NCBI RefSeq assembly: GCF_021869535.1
Contig: NW_026262581.1
Location: forward strand, 12,710,001 to 12,774,000
Direction of reading: 5' to 3'
Length of the DNA stretch: 64,000 bases
Origin: Mytilus californianus
Lineage: Eukaryota
Each line of letters begins with the position of its first letter. Position 1 is the stretch's first letter. Below are positions 13,047 through 25,400 of this stretch, in pieces. A model generated the notes under the pieces. The model had not been told where the DNA came from. It worked only from the letters and a program-made list of their open reading frames with translations, and did not search any database. Made by a program: the position numbers and the translations under genes.

Positions 13047-13454
13047 CTAATGAAGCAAAAATTGTTCAAAAAATGTTTTAACATCTGTAGAATCTGGTCT
13101 ATGATCTTTATCCTTTGACCAGCATGATTTTAACAAATTTTGCCATTTTTCGTCTGGTTTGTGTTTCAGTGTTAATGAAGGCCGCAGTCCTTTATTTATC
13201 ACTGCTTCATCAAGAGTAGTATATAGCTGTTGTTGTATATGATCTGCGACATCGAGTCCATACCACATCTCCCAGAGCAATATTCCTAGTGCATAAATAT
13301 CTGCCTTTCTGTCATAAATTCCTGTCGGAACAAGTACTTCCGGTGCCATATAAACAGGGGAGCCAGTATTGGTTCCACTAATGTCCCTTTCCTTCTTCGT
13401 AAGTCCTACATCGCTTAGTTTGACTACATCCTGTCCGTTTTTATTCTTCACAAT
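13047..13454 (-). CDS. Gene B exon 10 (kinase C-lobe, stop)
   Basis: ttgcag|IVKNKNGQDVVKLSDVGLTK...GSPVYMAPE...FLLH TAG. Confidence 0.94.
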   Translation of the reverse strand: MVKNKNGQDVVKLSDVGLTKKERDISGTNTGSPVYMAPEVLVPTGIYDRKADIYALGILLWEMWYGLDVADHIQQQLYTTLDEAVINKGLRPSLTLKHKPDEKWQNLLKSCWSKDKDHRPDSTDVKTFFEQFLLH

Positions 13455-16400
13455 CTGCAATAAAAACAGAATTTCACATGATTATAAAATGTCAGTTGAT
13501 TACATGCAATGTATTCATTGGGAAAAATCTACAATTTCATGTTCAACAAAAAAAGGGAAGGAGATACAAAAGATGCTATCGAACACCATCAATATAAAAA
13601 GAAATAAAACAAACAACATCTCTACCGAAAGAAAGATAAGTACAAAGACAAGCAACAGATAACTATAACACTACATAGGAAATTTAGATTAAGGTGGCTG
13701 GGGCGTCTTAATTAAAATTGATAGAATTTTTTAATAAATTGTCAAAATGAAGTTTTTATCATGCTTTTTTCAAAAATATAATAAAAAGTATGGATCACCG
13801 GACTTTTTTTCACGCTACAGGTTGTGCAAAATTGTCAGATTTTGTATAGATTATGCATGGAAAATCAAATTTGGTGTGATAAAAAGAAAACTACATGATA
13901 GAATTTTAAGATATAATGTGAGAAGATAGCTCTTTTAACATGCTTTCATATAAGAGAAAGAAAAAATGGGGTCACCGAACTTGTTTTCTTGCTACAGATT
14001 AAAATAGGTAAATTCATAACACTTTCTATTATAAAAATTACTTTATCTGAGTTATTTCCCCTTTTTTGGCAAAGTTGAAAAAAAATTAATCAAACACAAA
14101 TAAGGTGTTTTTGAGAAATTACAGCCGTAATTAATATAAAACACTCAATTTTCTATATTTACACCAAAAGTCTAACACAAGAATTATATACTATTAAAAT
14201 TTGCACATTTCATCAAAGATCTAGACCAATGTTATCTGCTACTTCAAAATCCAAGATGAAGGAAGACACCCGAGCCACCTTAAGCAACACAAACCCTATC
14301 AAAATATATGGGGTGAATTCCAATGTTTTAAGGTGATAATAGTTCCCGCTGAAATAGTGAAATTCGTCGTGTTTCTGCTGTTAAACTTTGTTGATAATAC
14401 AGATGCGATTGTAAGGCGTCACGCGATAGCGCATTATGTTTTACAAATATAGGTTAAATAAAACATACTGCTAGACCTAATACAAAAGTTTGAAACGAAA
14501 AAAGTATTTCTTGACATTGGTCAGATGCAACACAGAAAACGTCGACGAAAAGCACTACCAACTCCTTTTAAAAATCTCGGGGTGAACAGTTCTTGCTCAA
14601 CTTATGACATCCTATGCTACGAAAAATATTGGGAAGTGTATTCTACAAAGTTTGATACTATGTTTGCCCTAGGACTTTTATTAAGATTGACAATTGTGAA
14701 GACATTTTGTAGACAGAGGTTCATTCGTAAAAAACAGTTGACAAAGTTTTAATCGGACAATAATGATGGCAAAAATACAAATAAAGAATTTGAGTTTCAA
14801 GTAAATTAATTTGAAGTTGACGCCATTCTATTGTGTAATGTTAGTTGGGATGTCATAAAAAGTAAAATAACAAAAATACCAAGGAAAATTCAAAACGGAA
14901 AGTTCTTTATCAAATGGCAAAATCAAAAGCTCAAACACATCAAACGAAAGGAAAACAACTGTCATATTCCTGACTTGGTACAGGCATTTCCTTATGTAGA
15001 AAATGGTGGATTAAACCTGGTTTTACAGCTAGCTAAACATCCCACTTGTATGACAGTCGCATAAAATTCCATTATATTGACAACAATGTGTGAACAAAAA
15101 AAAAAATGTCTTACAAGATGAAATCAACATGTTATAAATTCCATGTGTCCGAAGCGCTTTTCTTAATTTACCTCTATCAGGAACGCTCAAAGCCGAATAT
15201 TTGAAAGCCAAGGATGTATAAGAATCGAAACAGTTGAAGAGCTATATGACCAAAAAGGACCTAAAAATAGCCAAATCCATCTAAGGTCAACTTTGCCTGT
15301 TGGAGTTAAAACTTTACTTTCTTTATAATTTCAAAATGTATCAATGGACAACTTTAGAATGGTTTGTTTTTAATCATGTCATTAACAACGTCAACATATT
15401 TGTTCTAAAATTACCAAATAAACATCTTTGTATTGGACTCATTTAAAAAAAATAAAGGACAAAATTAAAATAAAAAGAGATACATTCTGCTGTTTTGCAT
15501 TTAATGAGTCACAAAGAAAAAATATAAGACAAAGTTAAAAAATGACAATACTGATAATTGACAAGCCATCTTCTTTTGAACATCTGAGTATTACTATTCA
15601 ATAGATTTGTGATACTTCGTTTATTTCAAAATTTAACTGCCCAAAAATGGGATTGATCATTTTTTCTCCTTTCAGTATACTGTAACATAATGTGGTGTAG
15701 AAATGACTATAACTTCAGTGTGCAAATTCATCCGGTACACTAGAGAATTGTACTTTTGAAAGCAAATTCATTTAACATCTTGTAAGATCAAACAAAAAAG
15801 TTCATAAACGACAGCTTTTAAAAAAGCGTTAATAGTTTGTCAAAGTAAGGCGACGGTAGTTTACCAATGTTCAAATTTCACAAATCGATTAAGAAGAGAC
15901 AAATCAAGGAAACAAACACACTGAGGGAATCGCATACATTGAACTTGTAAAAGGTGTTTGCAAACTAAGTTTTATTTAAAGACATACTCAATTTATACAC
16001 AGAAAACGTATTTTGCTGTCAAACCCTTTTTGGTGAAACTTTATTCATGAAGATCGTTTAAGAATCACAATATCGTAAGATTTGACATATACTTTTAGTT
16101 TACAATAAAAGTGACATTAACCGAAGGAATCCTACATCAAACTGATATAATTATGATGTGATCATGGAAGATAACACAAATCAAATGATAATAATTATCA
16201 ATACCAAGAACATTACTTATTAGACTTAAGTCTTTTAAATTTCGTTAAGGTTTAAGAAGATTTGATATGGCCAAAATTATTTATATTTTTATTAGCTCAC
16301 CAAAATATTTTCTAATTTCATATCACGATGAACCATTTTCTTTCTGTGTAGATATTCCAATCCTTCGCATATCTGAATGGCATATCTTGCAAGCTCCTCC

Positions 16401-19400
16401 ATTTGTTCTACTTGTGCAGAATATATTTCAACTTTACCAGGATTGTCGTAGTCTGGGCTGAGGAACTTATTTTTCAAAGTATCATCACAGTATTCCATTA
16501 TCATAATAAAGTGTACCATTCTTTTAGTTTCACCGCTCTGTTGTAATATGCAACCATAGTATTGTATGATATTTGGATGTTTTGTTTCCCTAAAATAAAT
16601 ATGTAAATCTTTAAAAGAAGGGTAGAAAATGTGCTCGGCTAAACATATTGGCATTTGTTAGTCTACACTTTTTAAAGAATCACAAAACACCGAAATTAAT
16701 TTTATTTATGAAATGCACATTTTAAAACTTAATATCTCGTCAGTTTTGCTCATATAATAAGATATTAGGAATTCGAAAATATAAAACTAAAGTGATGTAA
16801 AATCAAATAGGTCGTCGAAATACTGAGCGTCGATAGAATAACACTACAATTTCACAAATTCAAGGTTTTTTTTCAGCTGAAAATTTCTCGATCATAGTAA
16901 TATGAGGCAACAGTAGTTACTTATGTTCAAAACTCTTTTATCCATTTAGAATATACAAACTAAAAGGAAAACTTAAGGAATCGCAGGAACTCCAAACAGA
17001 GCGATACCGTCTCCGTCAATAGAATAAGCGTCTTCTGCTATTTATGCAGCACTATCCGAATTTCACAGTAAGGAATAAGACACAATTTTTAAATATCAGG
17101 TCATACGACTATTCTGGTGAATAAAATTGTACAGGATGAAAAGGTTTCTCTCAAATGGTTAACCTTTTACAAACAGAACTTTGTATTATTTGAATTGAAA
17201 CAATATGTTTGAAGACTCATTTGGCAAATCAAAAAAAAAAAAAACAAAAACCATAAAAAAAAAGACAAGCCAGAACATATTAGAAAAAAATGTAATGAGA
17301 ACAGAGACACAGTACAAAACTAGAAGTCGAATGTATTAAAAATAGCATAGCGAAAACGACAAAAAAATAAGTTTGAATCCCATGCAAAACCGGGACAGGC
17401 TGAGGTGTTTTAATTTGTACTTAACCAGAGGTGCCAGTCATATGGCTAATAACAAGTTGAAATCCTGTGACGAATTACATTTGGTAACAATTCATTATCG
17501 AGGAAAAGAAGAAACGATAGGGGCTTTGATAAATGGAAAACATTTCCACCACTGACATACACTTTCTGTTACTCTTAACCAAATCAGAATGGGGTTCGTA
17601 AAACTTTCAAAATTATCACTTGAGCTTTTTCGACAATAACCCTTGGTTTTTAAGCTTCATGTTTAGCTGCAAACGACCAACATAGAAATATGGAGAAAAA
17701 TACAAGATCGAAAATATTAGCGTTGTATCATTTTGAGATAGGTAGGCACTGGTGGAATACTGCTACACAAAAACAAAAATTTCTCAATAAGAAAAGTGAA
17801 GCCACCTCTTTTGGAGTAAATCTAACTTCTTAATCGATTCTCGCTGGAGATGACCACCAACGCGAATCAAATACAGTAAACAATAAATTGCAAGTAAATG
17901 CAAAATCGAAATAAAAAAAATTAAAAAGGACACAATATGTATACTTTTAAGCAACACTGATAAGTAAATCTTTGACTATACAAATATTTTCTTGTCATGT
18001 TGCCGATCAAGAATACCTTAACGTTCTATCTTCCAATAAAATGTCCGATACGACCCTTTCTGACAGTGGATCTTTACAATACTTCAGTGCAACGATTTCA
18101 GTATGGCTGGATAGTTTAAGATGACCTTTGTAAACGTCTGCAAAACTTCCACTTCCTAAAAGATCTTTTCTGTTCCATTCAACGTCACTTAATCTGTAGT
18201 CCATATCCATGATATGATATACGAAAAACAAGTCCAATTCACCTTGAATAGTCTGACCTGAGGAAATAAACTGTGGATACATTGTATGCAAATTATCATC
18301 TGCTTTTCTTACACTGTGTGTCAGTTTTTCTAATAGCTGGCTATCTGCTTTTAGAAATTCAGGTATTTTCTTGGCAATCTCATCCACGCCTTTCACCAGT
18401 TTCCTAAGATAGTGCGAAATTTTATCTTGTAAATCGTTTCCATGAACAATTGACTCAATAAACAGATCTGTTGCTTCTGCCATTTTCCTTGTACTATTTT
18501 CTTTTTTGTAACTTTTAAATTTTTCTCTAAATTGTTTGTTGCTTGCTATTGCTGCACTCGCGACTGCTACAGCTCCGCCTAAGCCTTTTATGTCATCTAT
18601 ATCATCTCTTTTTGCTTTTCGCCATATGTTTTTGACAGGTGCTTGCTTCTTTATTGATTTGTAAAGGTCCTTTATCATTTTTTTATCGTGTTCTCCAAGA
18701 AGTGTACCTTTAAAAGAGAAAAATAATAAAACAGCAATACAAATGTCGTTTCTTTAAGTAATATGCTATGAAAATTAGTTTTTTTAAGTAAACTGTATTA
18801 ACCTATCATGACTATTTGTGAAGTTATTTCCCATAAATATGTAGTCACAAAATGAATTAAACATTATTTTACTAAAAACAGTGAAATACACGGTAAATTA
18901 TAGAATTTTAATTACTCAACCAATATTTACTTAAAGTGACATGTTGTTCACATCCTGATCCTTTTGCGGTCTCCATGGCAATCAAACCAAATTGCTTTAT
19001 TTCTATAATGACCTCCATGAAATCTTCAGAATTAAAAGAAGTTGAAGTTACCCACATACGCAAATAACAGCAACCCAAAAACAATAAAAAAAAAAAGGAA
19101 TATCCAATTTTTCTTGACACAAATACATGTGGGGCATTGCTTTGCTTATAGATTTATGTAATAGTTTTATTACTGTTTTCAAACATCTTGGTATTTATTT
19201 TAGAGATGTTGATAATATGTCGTCTTCAATTAATCCTCATTTTACAAATACTCGTTTATGACTCAGTTAAATAAAGACTGATAACCCAGATCATCAATCT
19301 TTTGAGATTGTGGTGATTTCATTGTTCTAATTTTCCAACTTTTTCTCTTTTCCTACCTGTCAGACAATCTTTTGTCAAACGAATTATGAATGGGTAGTCT

Positions 19401-22400
19401 AAATAATTATTCTCTGTTTGAAAATGTATAATAGAAAGCTTTGTTTTTCTTTAGAAAAAAAAAACTAGCAAAGATATGTCAGGTTTTTGCCAGAGATTGT
19501 ACCTTCTATAGCTTCAATTTGGTCCTCTAGAAGGTCGCAATCTCGTTTAAATTTCTTTATCAATTTTTCTTTGAGTGAGTGGACAACTCGTTGTTCCTTT
19601 TCCCATTTATTAAGCTCTGCTGAAACTTTACTTGCTATTTTGTCAGCTGCTTCCTTAGCTAACTTCTTATAACCATCAGGACGTGGACAATCTTCCTGTT
19701 TCCAGGCAGTCAATGTGCTTTTCATGCTCGGTGAAGTTAAAACGTCACTTGTTGTTTTATGCAACTGAATTATCTCATACTGCAGTTCCTTTCTCAGATC
19801 GTCAATGGTTTGTCTTGATTTTTCCTCTAAAGCTTGCATATTTCGTTTGATTTCGCCCATCTGTTTAGTCATTTCTTGTTTGTCCACAGCGTCTATTGTC
19901 TTTGAAACTTTTAGGGTATAATTGGCTCTTTTAACTATTTGAGACAACCAACTAAAATCAAAAGTAAAATTGTAGAAATCAAATAAATAAGTCTTGCGTA
20001 CAAAATTATAAATAAATTTATGTGCGGTATGCGTAGGAATTTCCTTATCTATTTTAGTCTCTTGTTTAAAAAGAGAATAAACTAGTTATGCAAATTAGTA
20101 GGGTATCTAATAGTGTTTTAAGTTTATAGAAGGCTTGGCGGTGACCACTCGACTTGCAGACAATTTGTCTGATGTCCGATTCAGAACTAGACCTTGACGA
20201 AAACAAATTTAAAGAGGCTCGTGACTAGTCAATTTCGGGTTTACGTTCTGTCGCAGAATCAACAAATAAGAAAAACTAATTCAGAACAAGACTAGTCACC
20301 AGAAGTTTCTAGTGCAGATTTGTTTTCAATGATGACAACTTATTTTAATAACAAACTTTCCGGCATAGACAAGATTTTTTTCTGCAAATACAGAGACATT
20401 AGTAAAGAGAGCTAAGAAAGCATATACCACCTTTAAAATTAAGAGGAATCAGGTACAATTTGAACTTAATTGGGATATTCGAGATAGTATTAATACTGCA
20501 ATTAACTGCATTGAGAAGAATCACCCAAAAGGCAGTCCGGGTACTAGAAGATTCATTCACTCAGCTCAAGAAGAGACATACATTGATTAGAATTGCAGGT
20601 AGGTCCGTGGCCGGTTGGAGAATTGTTAATGAATTCCTTTCAGATGAAGTGACCAGCGACTCGGAAGATGAGAAAAAAATACTGTAAACCAACTAATTTT
20701 CGCGAGCGATTTATTTTCGCGGTTATAAATCGTCGCGAATAATTATGTAAAACTTGGATCTTTCCTTATCTAACTACATCAAGTAAATTAGAAAATCGCG
20801 AAATTTAATCGCCGCGAATAGGACTAGAAAGAGCTAAACGCGAGATAAGTTGGTTTACATTACGTGCAGCGGACAACAGGGCAGTCAAAAAGATCGAAGC
20901 AGAGAAAACAGATGAACGTAGCAGCAGAAAGCGTCCGACAGAAGCATCGTTCAGCAACTCAAATGGCACATAATGGTACAGGTGGTTCTGATGCTACATT
21001 TCGCTTTGAGCCCTTTCGACTACCAAATCAACGTCAAAACTTCAGACGTTTGCTACCACCATAGCATGCAAAAGTATTGGACAAGAGACTGCAGAAAGGG
21101 AAAGGCAAGGAAAGGAGCTAATAGAGGATCTTCTTGCTAAAGATCAGAACTGTGACATTTTGAAGGTACAAGATTTAGATATTTCTCGAACATATTATGA
21201 ATATGATAATTGTAATTTTGATATTTATGTTAAAAGTCGTTTGAAAAAAAAAAACATTAATTTTTGGAAACAAATTAATGCTTCAGATTTCATTTTTGAT
21301 GTTATTATAGACGGTTATAAAATTCTGTTGCTTCGTGAGCCTGAAGAAATATTTTTACGAAATAATAAATCGGCATTAGATAACAGTGATTTTTTTTCAA
21401 CAGCTATTACAGATTTAATGAAAGGTGACTTGATACGTGAAGTATCGAGTAGACCGCATGTGGTTAATCCTTTGATCATCTCGACTGCGAAAAATAAACA
21501 CAGGATTTAATCTTGTTTTCGACTACCTGTTTGTTCACGTGTCTTAAATTTAGAATTAACTAAGATTGGAAAGTAGTTAAACAGTATTTATTTTCTAATT
21601 GTTTCGGTTTTGTTTTTTGATATGAAATCAGGGTACCATCATCTTAGTATATTTTATGAGCATCAAAAATGCTTAAGTTTCTCCTGGAAATTCGGATGTG
21701 TAACAAAGTGTTTTTGTATTTTATGTACTTCCTTTTGATTTGAAATCTAGTGGATATATCTTTACTAAAGTTGTTCGACCTTTGGTTAAACATTGCCGAA
21801 AGAAAGGAATCAGAGCCGCCGTTTATTTAGATGACGGGTTTGGTTTAGCTGAGAAGGAAAACACATGTAATAAATAAAGTCAGATCTTATAGCATCGGTT
21901 TTTGTATTAAACAGAGATAAATGTCACTGGACACCAGCACAAAAATTAGAGTGGTTATACAATTAGGTTTTGTCTGGAATCTAGACATATGTGATCTCAA
22001 TATACCAGAGAGAAGAAAGAATGATTTAATTGAAGCAATTATAGGCAACCGTACGGCCTTCAACAATGAAAAAAACCCATACCGTATGGTCGGCTATAAA
22101 AGGCCCCGACCTGAAAAATATGAAACAATTCAATTGAGAAAACTAACTGGCTTATTTATAACAAACCAATTTACGAAAAACAAATATGACAGACATGAAC
22201 CAACGACAACTACTGAACTACAGGCCCCTGACTTTGGAATCCAAAACATTTAGAGAAACGGTTATTCGTCTCTAAAAATTTAGGTTTATAAAAATTACAT
22301 GTTCTGCATTTTTGTACGTCGAAATAGTCACAGTGTCTGTTAGTATCAGAAAAAGTCTTGTCTTATTTATATACATATATAAAATATGAATCAGTCTAGA

Positions 22401-25400
22401 GCAGAAATGAATGGTAGAGTTGTACAAGAAAATTACAGCAAGTTTAGCACATAAATATGTTATGTTCGTTTGAACATCGTGAATTCAGAACATAAATAAA
22501 TTCATATGCGGTATGCGTAGGAATTTCCTTATATATTCTAGTCACTTGTTTAACATGAGAATAAACTTGTTATGCAAATTAGTAGGGTATTTAATAGATT
22601 GAAAACGGATTTAAGTTTGTCGAAGGCTGGGCGGTGACCACTCGACTTGCAGACAATTTTTTTTATATTGTTAAATAAATATAGACATGTGCAGTAAATG
22701 TAAATGAATGTGTATTTTTAGTATACTGATTTGTAATGTTTATTTTATAGATTTGACACGGTGAAGTGTTTTAGCAGCGGTGTTTAGGACATTATTGTTT
22801 GATGAAAATACATTCATAGAGAGTTGATTATGTTGATTATGTTGAATAAATCGAAATAGTCACCGTGCCTGTTAGTATCAGAAATAGTCTTGTCTTATTT
22901 ATATATATATATATATAAAATAGGAGTCAGTCTAGAGCAGAAATGAGGGGTAGAGTTGTACAAGAAAATTACAGGAAGTTAAGCACAAAAATATGTTATG
23001 CTCGTTTGAACATTATGAATTAAGAACATAAGCCTGGTATCTTTGATGAGTTTTTTTTAAATAATGCTCACAAACTTGTTTAACTTTTTATATGCCTGTC
23101 CAAAGCCTTTGACCTGTAATCCAGTGGTTGTTGGCACACTTTAATTGTTTAATTATAGCGTACATTTGGCCGTTGGTTTATTTCTTTTTAGCAGGTGTGC
23201 TTATTACTATAAAACTATACAACTCAATATTGCAATAAGGTCGACCAACACACAATTACGTGTGGCAAAATTCTGGTTAAACCTTAGATAAACTCAATTG
23301 ATCATTTAGTCAACTCTTTGATAGTTAAGATTCCACCTTGAAACTACTCTTCCACATAACCAGCTAGATATATTTTAGATTGGGCAGTTTGTTCTTGCTC
23401 TATCATATATACCCTTACGCCAATGAAGAGTCTTGTGTAGACGAAAAGGGCGTCTGGCGTAACCAATTGTAAATGTGTATTTTTACCAAAAAAACCTTTT
23501 TGCCTTTATCTACAAATGCATTTTGGAAATTAAATTCATCCATCCTTAAAGTAACATTTACGGTACCAATTCTACAGCACCAGATGCGCATTGCGACATT
23601 AAAGTCTCTTCGGTGATGCTCGATGCCAAACTATTTTTAAGATCCAAAAACGTATATAACTATTAAAGAGCTGATACAACCAAAAAAAGACCGAAAGTTA
23701 GTCAAAATCCGGACAAGGAATCAGAGATGTACATGCGAGAAATACATTAATTCATTTTAACTAATTTCCTTAATTTAAAAATTTTAATATATTAATAAAA
23801 TAATGTCCTAAATTTAAAACAGCAAATCAACATAAAATAATTCCTGTATTTTTATTCCAGTACCGAAGTTGTAGCAACTAGTCTGATAATGCCCTCCGGA
23901 ACTAACAGTTCACAGCAGAGATAAATGTCAGTTGAGTATTAACCCTTTATAGACACAACATTTATGGTACTAATTGTACTGCGCCAGATGGGAATCATAT
24001 TAGCAAAATTGGATGTCATAATTTTTCATACCTTTTTTTTAGATGCAAAGATATAAATTGTGTATGACCTATACTAGTATATAATCTGAAAATATTCATC
24101 CACACTCAACCTGATGTATTCCGTTTAATTGATAATTATTGATAACTAACAAAACCGTATCCCTTCTCTTTTGCCCAGTAATATTTTAAACTTGCAGAAA
24201 GTGTATAAATCGATGTGTAAAAATAATAATGTCTTAAAATGTCATATTTCAGGAAAAACTGTCAGAACAAGCAATACAAAAAAAAAACATGCAATATGTG
24301 ATATGGTAAATAAAAAAGGGGTTACTAAAAAGATTATTTTTATGATTGCATGACAAAGTACGTTGTTTGAAGACATTTATGCATCTGGATTTCATTAAAA
24401 CCAGGAGTATCTATCATAAAAAGTCCTTGTCGACTTTGTTTACCAAAACTAAATAACTTTTTAATTTTCATAATAGTTGCATGTTTTTAATTCTGATTTT
24501 TATCCCTCCTATTACAAAGGAACTTGTACTAATTAGAAAATTATGTCGTTAAAATAATATCATAGTATAATATATGCATTACCAATAATGTGAATTGAGT
24601 TGTTGGCGTAAACTTGCAGGGAACAAATTCTGTAATCCTTTTGAAATAAAATCTTTATGAACGGAATCAATGGCTCCGTATTCCATGGCCCGTTTTGCCT
24701 GTATGGAAGAAAAGTAATTGTAATACCATCTAGAAAAGACATTAATATAATTTTCAATGCAGAATATTTGAAAGGAAAACCTAGTTTGCTTTTTACAGTA
24801 CCTATAAATTAATTAGAAAATAAAAAATATAGGATTGCTTAGCATACTGCTATTGATTTAGTCAATCTGTCCCTTTTATAGAATTATTGAAACTATCGTC
24901 AAAGAAGATTTTAAAAATCGCTCTCATTCAATATTATCGAGCTACAGAATTAATACTAGCAATTCTTTCAAAAAAACATTTGCACACAGTAATGATTGTT
25001 GTACATGAGTACTGAAATACTTATGTATAATCATCAAGCTCAATACTAATTATGAAATTATTTCAAAGCATCTCTTAGGAGAAACTGTATGTTCAGTGAA
25101 GGTCAAATATATCAAGTCTGACACGATTATATCGTGACAGTGACATCACAGATGAGAGTGACAAGAGTAAAGCACCCTACTCATTTTAAAATACATATGA
25201 TATCATTTTTAAATTGCATATTTAGAGACAACAAAACAAAAATTGGCTCATTGTTTAATCTTTTTCCTAGTTTTTCCCCTCCCAACTCATTTATAAATAT
25301 AGAGCGTAGAACGAAATGTGTTTCATCAACCAAATGTACCTATATAGGAATGTTTAATATATACCTCTGTAGTTGAAAAGTAGAATATTTGTTCCACTCG

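Larger units (their letters stand above)
20012..23031 (+). mobile_element. PAT/DIRS-like tyrosine-recombinase retroelement with split direct repeats, internally deleted, in gene B intron 6
   Basis: gag GWRIVNEFLSDEVTSDSEDEKKI; RT pieces RPHVVNPL, FDMKSGYHH, VYLDDG. Repeats: A1 20012-20165, B1 22319-22495, A2 22496-22655, B2 22852-23031. RNase H and recombinase absent. Confidence 0.85.
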
